In this document: positions 18,115 to 27,277 of the stretch, in pieces
Numbering within the stretch: the first letter of the stretch is position 1
How the letters are laid out: each line of letters begins with the position of its first letter
From: Janthinobacterium lividum
Lineage (GTDB): Bacteria; Bacteroidota; Bacteroidia; Cytophagales; Hymenobacteraceae
Length of the DNA: 64,000 bases
Direction: 5' to 3'
Assembly (NCBI GenBank): GCA_050954665.1
Contig: JBPBPC010000044.1
Coordinates: 18,402-82,401, forward strand
Made by a program: the position numbers and the translations under genes
Notes under the pieces: generated by a model
What the model saw: only the letters and a program-made list of their open reading frames with translations
What the model was told of the DNA's origin: nothing
Databases searched by the model: none

Positions 18115-19191
18115 ATGAACCTCCTCTACACTTTACGCCGAGCCGCGGGGGCCCTGGGTACCGCTGCCCTGCTCGCCGCCTGCAGCACACCTGCCGCCAC
18201 CACCGAAACCAGCCCCGCTGCCGGGGCCCCCAGCGCCTACTTGGCGCCCACCGAGACGGGCGTGAAAACGGGCGGCGTGCAGGTCGTTCCCATCAAGACG
18301 CCCAAGGGGACGTTCAACGTGTGGACCAAGCGTTTCGGCAATAACCCGAAAATCAAGGTGTTGCTGCTGAACGGGGGCCCCGGCGCCACCCACGAGTACT
18401 TCGAGTGCATGGAAAGCTTCCTGCCCCGGGAAGGCATCGAATTCATTTACTACGACCAGCTCGGCTGCGGCAACTCCGACAACCCGCGCGACACGTCCAT
18501 GTGGAGCCTGCCGCGCTACGTGGAAGAAGTGGAGCAGGTGCGCCAGGCCTTGAGGCTCGACAATACCAACTTCTACCTGCTGGGCCACTCCTGGGGCGGC
18601 ATCCTGGCCGCCGAGTACGCCTTCAAGTACCAGCAAAACCTGAAGGGACTCATCATCAGCAACATGATGATGAGCTGCCCCGCCTACGGCAAGTATGCCG
18701 ACGAGGTGCTGGCCAAGCAGATGAAGCCCGCCGTGCTGGCCGAAATCCGCAAGATTGAGGCTGCCAAGGACTTCGGCAACCCGCGCTACATGGGCCTGCT
18801 CGAACCCAACTTTTACGCCGAGCACCTGTGCCGCATCGTGCCCAACCCGGAGCCGGTGCGCCGCGCGCTGGGCAAAATCAACCAGTCGCTGTACGTCACC
18901 ATGCAGGGCCCCAGCGAGTTCGGCATTTCGGGCAAGCTCACGAAGTGGGACCGGGTGCCCGACCTGCCCCGGCTCGCCGTGCCGTTCCTGTCCATCGGCG
19001 GAAAGTACGACACGATGGACCCTGCACATATGCGCATGATTGCCACCAAAGTGCAAAAAGGCGCCGCCCTCATCTGCCCCCAAGGCAGCCACATGAGCAT
19101 GTACGACGACCAGGAAACGTACATGAAAGGCCTGCTAAAATTCGTGAAATCCGTGGACGACAAGTCGTTCAAAGCCGGCATGGCCATGTAG
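18115..19191 (+). CDS. S33 proline iminopeptidase-family alpha/beta hydrolase (lipoprotein)
   Basis: Trimmed to ATG 18115 (MNLLYTLRRAAGALGTAALLAAC lipobox). The track start lies inside repeat A. Motifs: GGPGATHEYF, nucleophile elbow GHSWGG. Confidence 0.85.
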   Translation: MNLLYTLRRAAGALGTAALLAACSTPAATTETSPAAGAPSAYLAPTETGVKTGGVQVVPIKTPKGTFNVWTKRFGNNPKIKVLLLNGGPGATHEYFECMESFLPREGIEFIYYDQLGCGNSDNPRDTSMWSLPRYVEEVEQVRQALRLDNTNFYLLGHSWGGILAAEYAFKYQQNLKGLIISNMMMSCPAYGKYADEVLAKQMKPAVLAEIRKIEAAKDFGNPRYMGLLEPNFYAEHLCRIVPNPEPVRRALGKINQSLYVTMQGPSEFGISGKLTKWDRVPDLPRLAVPFLSIGGKYDTMDPAHMRMIATKVQKGAALICPQGSHMSMYDDQETYMKGLLKFVKSVDDKSFKAGMAM

Positions 19192-19216
19192 TGACCAGTA
19201 GCGTCCACGCTACACG

Positions 19217-20368
19217 CTAAAACACCACATCCAACTCCATGGTCAAGGCAGCGCGGCGGCCGGCGGCCGTGCCTGGTACCCAATTAGGGCCCTCGCACAC
19301 CAGGTGCAAGGCCTCGGCGTCGTAATCGGCGCGCAGGCTGCGCACCACTTTCAGGTTGCTGAGTTTGCCGCCGCCGCCCACCGTGAAGCGCACCCGCACA
19401 TTGCCTGTCAAGGGCGCTTCGTCGGGTACGAACTCGGCGGCTGCGCGGCGGAGCTTGTCGCGCAGAGCGTCCAAGCCGCCCACCGGCGCGGGCGCCAGGT
19501 CCGGTGCGGCGGGCATGGCGCCCACCACGGCGCCGTTGGCGGGGGCCGCAAACGATAGGCGGCGCGCCACGGCGCTTTCGGTGGGGACCACGGCCACGCC
19601 TGCCACGCGGCCTATCAGGGCCCCCGCGGCGGGCGCGGGCCGCGGGGCCTGGCTCACCGCTACTTCGCCCAAGTACCCCGCGGCAGAGTCGGCCGCTACG
19701 CTGGAAACAGTTGCAGCAGGTATTGGGGCCCTATTCACATCGTCGTTTGCCGCCGTGCGCATTGCTGTAATGCCTTCATATTCAGTGCTCGATGCCGCCA
19801 ATTTTCCAGCCGTCTTGCGCTGGGGTTCGTAAGTTACGGCCAGGGCAGGCCGCTTAGTAGGGGCAACGGCGATGACGGCGGGCGGTGCCGAAGCTGCTAT
19901 TGGGGCCGTTGCAGCAGCCGGTGGCGGCGCGGGGGCCCCAGTTGGAGCGCTGGCGGTGAGCGGCGTGGTAGCAGGTGGCGCGGCCACCGCAGCGACTTCG
20001 GGGCCGGGCGTGGCGCGGTGCTGCCATTCCCACAGGCCGCCGGCCAGGCTGGCTGCCACCGCGGCGGCCGCAGCCAGTCGGGGCCAATGCCAAGCGGCGG
20101 CAGGGCGCGGCGCGGCTTCGGTGCCGACGCGGGCGTGCAGGCGGCGGCGCAGGGTAGCCAGGGCTTGGTCGGTGGCGGCAGCGTCGGTTTGGGCGAGGCC
20201 GGCGAGCACGTCGGTGCAGCGCGGGCAATCCAGGGCGTGGGCTTCTACTTGGTGCTGCTGGGCGGGCGCAAGGGTGCCGGCTGCGTACTGGCGCAGGGTA
20301 TCGGCGGCCGGGTGGGGGCCGCGGGGGGCCGCGAGGGCCGCGGGCAGCAGGTCAGCGGCGGGGGGCAT
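19217..20368 (-). CDS. Anti-sigma factor (zf-HC2-like N-terminus) fused to a TonB-type C-terminal domain
   Basis: N-terminus HALDCPRCTDVLAGL. A long Ala/Pro-rich linker follows. The C-terminus GNVRVRFTVGGGGKLSNLKVVRSLRADYDAEALHLV..WVPG resembles the TonB_C fold. It overlaps the sigma-factor stop by 17 nt. Confidence 0.7.
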   Translation of the reverse strand: MPPAADLLPAALAAPRGPHPAADTLRQYAAGTLAPAQQHQVEAHALDCPRCTDVLAGLAQTDAAATDQALATLRRRLHARVGTEAAPRPAAAWHWPRLAAAAAVAASLAGGLWEWQHRATPGPEVAAVAAPPATTPLTASAPTGAPAPPPAAATAPIAASAPPAVIAVAPTKRPALAVTYEPQRKTAGKLAASSTEYEGITAMRTAANDDVNRAPIPAATVSSVAADSAAGYLGEVAVSQAPRPAPAAGALIGRVAGVAVVPTESAVARRLSFAAPANGAVVGAMPAAPDLAPAPVGGLDALRDKLRRAAAEFVPDEAPLTGNVRVRFTVGGGGKLSNLKVVRSLRADYDAEALHLVCEGPNWVPGTAAGRRAALTMELDVVF

Positions 20369-21008
20369 GGGCGGGGGCGGCGGCCGGGGCCGGGTGGTCG
20401 GTAAGGAGGCGGCGCAGCATGCGTTTGCCGTTTTGCAGGTGGCTTTTCACTTGGCCGAGGTCGAGGTTGAGGGCCCCGGCCACTTCGTGGTACGATTTGT
20501 TTTCGAGAAAAAACAGCTCCAGGCAGCGGCGCTGGCCGGCGGGCAAGTGCGCGAGGGCCTCTTCTAGGGCTTGCAGCGTAGTTTCGGTGGCCGCCGCGTC
20601 GGCGTCGGCCGCCGCGGCATCCGGAAGATGCCGCGCGGCGGCCAATTCCACATCGGCCGCGTCGGGAAAGCTGAGCACCAGTGGCCCCGCGCTGGGGCCG
20701 GCGCGCTGGCGGGCGCGCAGTTGCATCAGGCAGTGGTTGCGGGCGGTGGCGTGCAGCCAAGCGGGGAAGTTGTCGGGCGCGTGCTGGCGCAGGGCCCCCA
20801 CCAGGTGCTCGAACAGCTGCATGCTGGCGTCCTGCGCGTCCTCGTCGGGCGGGGCCAGGTAGCGGCGGCAGGTGGCAAACACCATCGGCAGGTGCCGGCC
20901 GAACAGCTCGCCGAGGTCGGCTACGTCGCCGCGCAGGCGGTAGCGGGCCAGCAGCTCCTGGTCGGAGGGCGGCGCGGCGGCGGGCGGCGGGGAGCGGCGG
21001 AAAAACAT
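20352..21008 (-). CDS. ECF (sigma-70 family) RNA polymerase sigma factor
   Basis: Region 2 (FPAWLHATARNHCLMQLR) and region 4 (LPAGQRRCLELFFLENKSYHEVAGALNLDLGQVKSHLQNGKRML) are present. The first ATG is at 21008; the track start 21020 is TTG. Confidence 0.9.
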   Translation of the reverse strand: MFFRRSPPPAAAPPSDQELLARYRLRGDVADLGELFGRHLPMVFATCRRYLAPPDEDAQDASMQLFEHLVGALRQHAPDNFPAWLHATARNHCLMQLRARQRAGPSAGPLVLSFPDAADVELAAARHLPDAAAADADAAATETTLQALEEALAHLPAGQRRCLELFFLENKSYHEVAGALNLDLGQVKSHLQNGKRMLRRLLTDHPAPAAAPAHAPRR

Positions 21009-21117
21009 CGGCAGCAGCAAGGTAGCCCGGGGCCCCGAAATTTTTTGGGCGGCGCGTGTGCAATTCGGTCGGCCACAGCATCTCTCCGGCAGCTTTCACC
21101 TCAAACCCGTTGCCGCC

Positions 21118-23076
21118 ATGAAAAAACCTCTGTTGCTGCTGTGGGCCAGCCTGCTGGCCCCCGCTGCCCGGGCCCAAGCGCCCGCCTCACCCCCACTTGC
21201 CCCCGCCATCAAGCCCCGCGGCATCGCGCTGCTCGACACCGTTACGGCTCGGGCCGTCGCCATCAGCGGCACCGTGCGCGACGACCAGGGACCGCTGCCG
21301 GGCGCCACGGTGCTCATCAAGGGCACGCAACGGGGCACCAGCACCGACGCCCAAGGCCACTACCTGCTGCTGGTGCCCCGGGCCACGCGGGCCACGCGGG
21401 CCACGCTGGTGTTTTCAATGGTGGGCTACACCACCCAGCAGCGGCGCGTGGGCAAAGAGGTGGTCATCAACGTGGTGCTAAAGCCCGCCACTGAGGCACT
21501 TAACGAGGTGGTAGGGGCGGGGTATAACGCGCCCGGGGCCCTGCAGGGCCGGGTGGCCGGGGCAGCCGTTCAGCGTAGCCCCGCCACGGCTAGCTTTTTC
21601 CCGGGGGCCCCGGCGCCCTACCTCGCCCGGCCCAAGGCCAGTGCCGGCGATACCTACGCCCACGTGGCCGAAAACGCGTTCCAAGCCGTTCAGAAAGAGC
21701 CGCTCAGCACCTTCGCCCTCGACGTGGACAACGCGAGCTACGCCAACGTGCGCCGCTTCCTTACCGAAGGCCAACTGCCCCCGGCCGACGCCGTGCGGGT
21801 GGAGGAACTGCTGAATTACTTCCACTACGACTACCCCGCGCCCGCGCCGGCCAGTCCCGACCCCGTGCGCATCAGCACCGAGCTGGCCGTGTGCCCCTGG
21901 AACCCCGCGCACCAACTGGCGCGCATCGGCATCCGGGCCCGCAGCGTGGAAACCAGCGCCTTGCCGCCTGCCAACCTGGTGTTTTTGGTGGACGTGTCGG
22001 GCTCGATGCAGGGCCCCGACCGCCTCGGCCTGGTGCAGGCCGGCCTGCGCCTGCTGGTGCGCCAGCTGCGGCCCCAAGACCGCGTGGCCCTGGTGGCCTA
22101 CGCCGGGGCCGCCGGCCTGGTGCTGTCGCCCACGCCCGGCAACCAGCCCGAAATTATCCTCGGGGCAATTGACCGGCTGGAAGCGGGCGGCTCGACGGCG
22201 GGCGGCGCGGGCCTGCGCCTGGCCTACGCCACGGCCCGCCAGTATTTTCAAAAAGAGGGCAACAACCGCGTGGTGCTGGCCACCGACGGCGACTTCAACG
22301 TGGGCGAAAGCTCGGACGCCGCGCTGGAGCAACTAATTGTGAACGAACGCGCAAGCGGCGTGTTCCTCACCGTGCTGGGCTGCGGCCGCGGCAACCTGCG
22401 CGACGCCCGCATGGAAACCCTGGCCGACAAGGGCAACGGCAACTACGCCTACCTCGACAACCTCGCCGAGGTCCAGCGCGTGCTGGTGGCGCAGTTCGGC
22501 GGCACGCTCTTCACCTTGGCCAAGGACGTGAAATTGCAGGTTGAGTTCAACCCCGCCCGCGTGGCCCACTACCGCCTCGTGGGGTACGAAAACCGCCTGC
22601 TGGCCGCCGAAGACTTCAACAACGACCGCAAGGACGCCGGCGAGCTGGGCGCCGGCCACACCGTAACGGCCCTCTACGAGCTGGTGCCCGCGGGGGCCCC
22701 GCAGCCGCTGGTGGACCGCCTAAAGTACCAGCCCACCGCCGCCGCGCACGGGGCCCCCGGCGCCGAAGTGCTCACCGTGAAGCTGCGCTACCAGCAACCC
22801 CAGGGCACGGCCAGCCAGCTGCTGGCGCAGGCGCTGGCGGGCCCCGCCGTGCCCGTGGCACAGGCTTCGGCCGACTTTCGGTTTGCCGCCGCCGTGGCCC
22901 AGTTTGGGCTGCTGCTGCGCCAGAGCGCGCAGGCCGGCGCCGCCACCTGGGCCGCCACCGCCGCGCTGGCCGCCGGCGCCCGGGGCCCCGATGCCGACGG
23001 CTACCGCGCCGAGTTGGTACGCTTGGTGGGCTTGGCCCAGGGCCTGAGCGGCGCCGGGGCCGTGGGCCCGCGCTGA
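21118..23076 (+). CDS. vWA-domain protein (YfbK-like) with N-terminal CarboxypepD_reg-like domain
   Basis: Trimmed to ATG 21118 (signal MKKPLLLLWASLLAPAARAQ). CarboxypepD_reg-like region: ISGTVRDDQGPLPGATVLIKGT. MIDAS motif: VDVSGSMQG. A YfbK-type C-terminal region follows. Confidence 0.85.
   Translation: MKKPLLLLWASLLAPAARAQAPASPPLAPAIKPRGIALLDTVTARAVAISGTVRDDQGPLPGATVLIKGTQRGTSTDAQGHYLLLVPRATRATRATLVFSMVGYTTQQRRVGKEVVINVVLKPATEALNEVVGAGYNAPGALQGRVAGAAVQRSPATASFFPGAPAPYLARPKASAGDTYAHVAENAFQAVQKEPLSTFALDVDNASYANVRRFLTEGQLPPADAVRVEELLNYFHYDYPAPAPASPDPVRISTELAVCPWNPAHQLARIGIRARSVETSALPPANLVFLVDVSGSMQGPDRLGLVQAGLRLLVRQLRPQDRVALVAYAGAAGLVLSPTPGNQPEIILGAIDRLEAGGSTAGGAGLRLAYATARQYFQKEGNNRVVLATDGDFNVGESSDAALEQLIVNERASGVFLTVLGCGRGNLRDARMETLADKGNGNYAYLDNLAEVQRVLVAQFGGTLFTLAKDVKLQVEFNPARVAHYRLVGYENRLLAAEDFNNDRKDAGELGAGHTVTALYELVPAGAPQPLVDRLKYQPTAAAHGAPGAEVLTVKLRYQQPQGTASQLLAQALAGPAVPVAQASADFRFAAAVAQFGLLLRQSAQAGAATWAATAALAAGARGPDADGYRAELVRLVGLAQGLSGAGAVGPR
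21381..21407 (+). repeat. In-frame 9-bp tandem repeat x3 inside the vWA gene
   Basis: GGCCACGCG GGCCACGCG GGCCACGCT, encoding (ATR)x3 within PRATRATRATL. Confidence 0.9.
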
Positions 23077-23091
23077 GCCGGCGCCCCACAA

Positions 23092-23123
23092 GAAGGCCCC
23101 GCTGCGCTGGCAGCGGGGCCTTC
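23092..23123 (+). terminator. Hairpin downstream of the vWA gene
   Basis: 13-bp stem GAAGGCCCCGCTG (23092-23104) / CAGCGGGGCCTTC (23111-23123), 6-nt loop, no U-tract. Confidence 0.55.
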
Positions 23124-23355
23124 GGAATAAGGCACCAAAATAAAACACGTGAATGGCTGGGCGGTGTGATTCCCAGCAGATAGCCGAACGTATTAGTTTC
23201 AAAACCGTGCCAAACTTCGGGAAAAGGCCTTAGAGCCCATTGGGCGCGGTTTTGCTACGCAGGGCCCCGGCCGGAGCCCGGTGGCGGGGCCCGCCGCGGT
23301 GCGCGAAACGCGCCTACCTTTGACATTCTTTTCGTTTCTAACCGATTTTCATTCA

Positions 23356-24372
23356 GTGTTTTCATCGAAAGTTTTCGGCCCGCTGGCCGCCTGCGCTTTG
23401 CTGGCCGCCGGGGCCCTGCCCGCCTGCCAAAACCGCCCCATCGAGGGCGAGAAATCGGCGGTTGAAGCCACCGCTATCAACCCGCCGCCGGCCGTCGATA
23501 CCGTTAGGATCAAGCGATTGGCCTTGCAGCGCGATTCGCTGAAGGCCGATAGCATCGCCCGCAAAACCGGGCAGCTGCCGGGGGCCATCCTGCCGGGCCA
23601 CCGCATTGTGGCGTTTTATGGCAACATTCGCTCGAAGGGCATGGGCATCCTGGGCCGCGAGCCCAAGGACCAGATGATGCGCAAGTTTGACAAGGTGCTG
23701 GCCGAGTGGCAAGCGGCCGACCCCAGCCTTCCCGTGCTGCCCGCGCTGCACAGCGTCACCATCACGGCCCAGGGCGCGGCCGGTGCCGACGGCAAGTACC
23801 GCCTGATGAATTCGAAAAGCACGATTGAGGAAACGCGGGCCTGGGCCAAGGAGAAAAACGCCATCCTGTTCATGGACGTGCAAGTGGGCCTGAGCGACCT
23901 GCCCCACGAGTTGCCCAAGCTGGCGGAGTACCTCAAGGACCCGACCATTCACTTGGGCATCGACCCCGAGTTTGCCATGGCCACCAAAAATGCGCGGCCG
24001 GGCAAAAAAATCGGCACCTACGACGCCAAGGACGTGAACTACGCCATCGGTTTCCTGGCCCGCATCGTGAGTGAAAACCACCTGCCGCCCAAGATTTTGA
24101 TGGTGCACCGCTTCACGCAGGGCATGCTCACGAACTACAAAAACATCAAGCTCGACCCGCGCGTGCAGGTGGTGATGGACATGGACGGCTGGGGCGACCC
24201 GGTGCTGAAAAAGGACTCGTACAAAGCTTATGTGCAGAAGCAGCCGGTGCAGTTCACGGGCTTCAAGCTTTTCTATGAGTACGACATCAAGCGCAAGCCG
24301 AACCACCTGATGACGCCCAAAGAAGTGCTGACCGAGCTAACCCCGGTGCCGCTCTACGTGCAGTACCAATAA
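23356..24372 (+). CDS. Hypothetical lipoprotein
   Basis: The frame is open from GTG 23281. An in-frame GTG at 23356 gives a lipoprotein signal (FSSKVFGPLAACALLAAGALPAC). The body looks well folded (FMDVQVG, IHLGIDPEF). No family was recognised with confidence. Confidence 0.65.
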   Translation: MFSSKVFGPLAACALLAAGALPACQNRPIEGEKSAVEATAINPPPAVDTVRIKRLALQRDSLKADSIARKTGQLPGAILPGHRIVAFYGNIRSKGMGILGREPKDQMMRKFDKVLAEWQAADPSLPVLPALHSVTITAQGAAGADGKYRLMNSKSTIEETRAWAKEKNAILFMDVQVGLSDLPHELPKLAEYLKDPTIHLGIDPEFAMATKNARPGKKIGTYDAKDVNYAIGFLARIVSENHLPPKILMVHRFTQGMLTNYKNIKLDPRVQVVMDMDGWGDPVLKKDSYKAYVQKQPVQFTGFKLFYEYDIKRKPNHLMTPKEVLTELTPVPLYVQYQ

Positions 24373-24548
24373 GTACCGCATTGGGGCCCCCGGAAGCACT
24401 TGGCGAGGAATGAGTGAATAATGGTTGGCTTGCAACTCCTGCGTTTGAGAAGTAGGAATAAAAATTGCTAATAGTTAGGACAGAATTGGATAAAAACGTA
24501 ATCATAGTAATCCTGTTAAAATTTAATATTCACTTTATTCATTTTTTT

Positions 24549-25478
24549 ATGACATTTCTTTTACGTTCGCTGCGCCAGCCGATTGGCTTGGGCTTTTTGG
24601 TGGCTGCTGGGCTGGCTAGCCCGTTGGGGGCCCTGGCCCAAACCTGTACCGGCACCGATCCGGGCGGTAACCCCGCTACCAACGGCCTGTACGCCCGGTA
24701 CTACGCGGGCTACTTCAACGACGAACAGGGTTTTTTCGCAAACACTGCCCCCGGCGTGGTGCGCATAGACCCGCGGTTGAACTTTGCAACCACCAACAGC
24801 TGGGGCGCTATTGTGCCGCCGGCTACCGGCACCCTCAGCGACCCCGACGTTTTCAGCGCCCGCTACCAAGGCACCTTGCTAATTGCCACGGCCGGTACCT
24901 ACACCCTCACGCTGACGTCGGACGATGCTTCGTATTTGTGGCTGGATGCCGCCGCTCGCCGCGCCACGCCCCTGAGCGGCGAGGCCACCATCAACAACGG
25001 CCAGTTGCACGGCACCACGGCCGCGTCGGCCACGGTAACGCTCACGGCCGGCCGGCACGACCTGGTGGTGCACTACGGCGAGCGGGACCGCTTCAATGTG
25101 CTGACGCTGCAATACAGCGGCCCCGACACGGGCAACAGCCTCGTGGTGGTGCCGTCGGCAGCGTTGTGCACGAGCACCACCGGCGTGGCGCTGGCCACCG
25201 CCGCAGCCCAGGCAGGGCCCCGTTTTGCCGTGCAGGTAATGCCCAACCCAGCGGCAGCCGGGGGCCCCGTGCGCTTGCGGGTGCAACAGGCAATGGCAGC
25301 GCCCGTGTGGCTCGTCGTCAGCGATGTGCAAGGGCGGCGGCTGTACGAGCGCGAGCTGCCAGCGGCGGAAACCATCGACGTGCCCGTAGCGCTGCCCGCG
25401 CTGCGCTCGGGCGGCTTGTATTTGTTCCGCCTCACGTCGGCTGCGGGCACTATCACCCAAAAGCTAGTGGTGCAATAA
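24549..25478 (+). CDS. PA14-domain protein with T9SS C-terminal sorting domain
   Basis: Trimmed to ATG 24549 (signal ..LASPLGALAQ). PA14-like region: YYAGYFND.., FSARYQGTL..AGTYTLTLTSDDASYLWLD, GRHDLVVHYGE. C-terminal T9SS type-A-like tail: VMPNPAAAGGPVRLRV..GGLYLFRLTSAAGTITQKLVVQ. Confidence 0.75.
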   Translation: MTFLLRSLRQPIGLGFLVAAGLASPLGALAQTCTGTDPGGNPATNGLYARYYAGYFNDEQGFFANTAPGVVRIDPRLNFATTNSWGAIVPPATGTLSDPDVFSARYQGTLLIATAGTYTLTLTSDDASYLWLDAAARRATPLSGEATINNGQLHGTTAASATVTLTAGRHDLVVHYGERDRFNVLTLQYSGPDTGNSLVVVPSAALCTSTTGVALATAAAQAGPRFAVQVMPNPAAAGGPVRLRVQQAMAAPVWLVVSDVQGRRLYERELPAAETIDVPVALPALRSGGLYLFRLTSAAGTITQKLVVQ

Positions 25479-25519
25479 AAGCAGGCCCCCGAGGCTTGCG
25501 GCCCAGTCGCACCCCACGC

Positions 25520-25558
25520 AAAAAGGGGCTTCCTGCTAAATGCAGGAAGCCCCTTTTT
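25520..25558. terminator. Bidirectional rho-independent terminator
   Basis: 17-bp stem AAAAAGGGGCTTCCTGC / GCAGGAAGCCCCTTTTT with a 5-nt loop and A/T runs on both sides. It lies between the convergent PA14 and MFS genes. Confidence 0.8.
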
Positions 25559-25626
25559 CTATCATAGCGAATCGTCACCTAATCAAGCCACGTGAATGAG
25601 CTTAGGCAAATTGCGGGCCACACTGC

Positions 25627-27198
25627 TTAGTGGGCAGCGTTGAGGTCTATTTTTTCGCCCGATTTGCTGCGCTTGATGAGGAGCACCAGCGGCAAGCAGG
25701 CAATGAAGAAAAACCCTAGGCCCGTGAATACCTGGCCGTAAGTAATAATAGACACTTGCTTCATCAAAATGCCTTCGAGGGCGGCGTAGGCCTGCTGCCG
25801 GGCTTGGTCCAGTGGGAAGCCTTTCGCCATAAAGTTTTGGGTGAAGGCTTGGATGCGCTGCACGGTTTCGGGGTTGTAAAGCGAGATATTGGGCAGCAGG
25901 GCCACGCGGTTGGCTTGGATGCTGCGCTCGAGGTACGTGCCCACAATGGCCACCCCAAACGAGCCGCCGAGCTGGCGAATCATGCCGGTGAGGCCGGCCG
26001 CCTGGCCCGCGTCCTTGCCCTGCAAGCCCGCCAGGCTCATGGTGGTGATGGGCAGGAAAATCAGGCCCAGGCCCACACCCCGCACAATGAGCGGCCAGAA
26101 GAAGTCACTTTCGCCCGCCGCGGGCGTGATGCGTGCGGCAATCCAGAACGTAAAGAAGAAGAAAATGGCAAAACCCACCGGAATCATAAACTTCTGGGGA
26201 ACGCCACTTTGCAAAGCCTTGCCAATAACCGGCATCATGAAGCCCGACGCCAGGGCTCCCGGCAGCAGCAAAAAGCCGGTTTGAGCGGCCGTGAAGCCCA
26301 AGATGCGCTGCGTGAAAATCGGGAACACGAACACTGAAGCGAACAAGCCGAAGCCGAGCACAAACGAGAGGAAAGCGCCCACCGCTAAGTTGCGGCTTTT
26401 GCCCAGCACGCGCAAATCCACGATGGGCTTTTCGGCCGTGAGCTCGCGCCAGATAAACCCAATGACGCCCACCGCCGACAGCAAGGTGAAGGTGATGATG
26501 TACGCGCTGTCGAACCAGTCTTCGGTTTCGCCCTGCTCCAGCACCAACTGCAACGAACCCACGCCCAAAATCAGCAGGCCAATGCCCAGCCAGTCAATTT
26601 CGCGCAGGGGCCGCGGAACCGCATTTTTGATGCGTTCGGGGTCGCGGATGAACAGCAGCGTGAAGATGCCGGCCAAGATGCCCACCGGCACGTTCACGTA
26701 GAAAATCCAGGGCCAGTCGTAGTTGTCCACGATGTAGCCGCCCAGCGTGGGCCCGATGGTGGGCCCAATGATGACGCCCATGCCGAACAGGGCTTGCCCC
26801 AGCGGCAGTTGCTTGGGCGGAAACGTGTCGATGAGGATGGCCTGTGACGTGGCCATAAGCGCGCCGCCGCCCACGCCCTGCACAAAGCGGAACGCCACCA
26901 GCTCCCACAGGTTGGTGCTCTGCCCGCAGGCAATGGATGCCAGCGTGAAAATGCACACCGACACGAAAAAGTAGTTTTTGCGCCCGAACTGCTCGGCCAG
27001 GAAACCGGTCATCGGAATCACAATCACGTTGGCGATGCCGTAAGAGGCCACTACCCAGCTCACTTCCTGCTGCGTAGCCGAGAGGTTGCCCATCATCTGG
27101 GTCAGGGCCACGTTCACGATGCTGGTGTCAATCAGCTCCAGCAACACGCAGAGGACCACCGTCACAACGATGATCCACTTGGTAAATCCGGTTTCCAT
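25627..27198 (-). CDS. DHA2-family MFS efflux permease (EmrB/QacA type, 14 TMS)
   Basis: 523 aa, highly hydrophobic. It has the MFS motif A region and the EmrB-like N-terminus (WIIVVTVVLCVLLELIDTSIVNVAL). Confidence 0.9.
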   Translation of the reverse strand: METGFTKWIIVVTVVLCVLLELIDTSIVNVALTQMMGNLSATQQEVSWVVASYGIANVIVIPMTGFLAEQFGRKNYFFVSVCIFTLASIACGQSTNLWELVAFRFVQGVGGGALMATSQAILIDTFPPKQLPLGQALFGMGVIIGPTIGPTLGGYIVDNYDWPWIFYVNVPVGILAGIFTLLFIRDPERIKNAVPRPLREIDWLGIGLLILGVGSLQLVLEQGETEDWFDSAYIITFTLLSAVGVIGFIWRELTAEKPIVDLRVLGKSRNLAVGAFLSFVLGFGLFASVFVFPIFTQRILGFTAAQTGFLLLPGALASGFMMPVIGKALQSGVPQKFMIPVGFAIFFFFTFWIAARITPAAGESDFFWPLIVRGVGLGLIFLPITTMSLAGLQGKDAGQAAGLTGMIRQLGGSFGVAIVGTYLERSIQANRVALLPNISLYNPETVQRIQAFTQNFMAKGFPLDQARQQAYAALEGILMKQVSIITYGQVFTGLGFFFIACLPLVLLIKRSKSGEKIDLNAAH

Positions 27199-27277
27199 TC
27201 AATAAGATGAGTTGCGAGCCCTGGGGCAGCCGTGCGCAGCTTGGCACTGCATGGCGGCCCCAGGGGCCCAGTGGCGT

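Noticed and set aside
19500-20250. Ala/Pro-rich stretch of the anti-sigma gene, examined for tandem DNA repeats or a separate gene.
   Set aside because: No exact DNA periodicity was found. Pro/Ala-rich periplasm-spanning linkers are normal in TonB and anti-sigma proteins.
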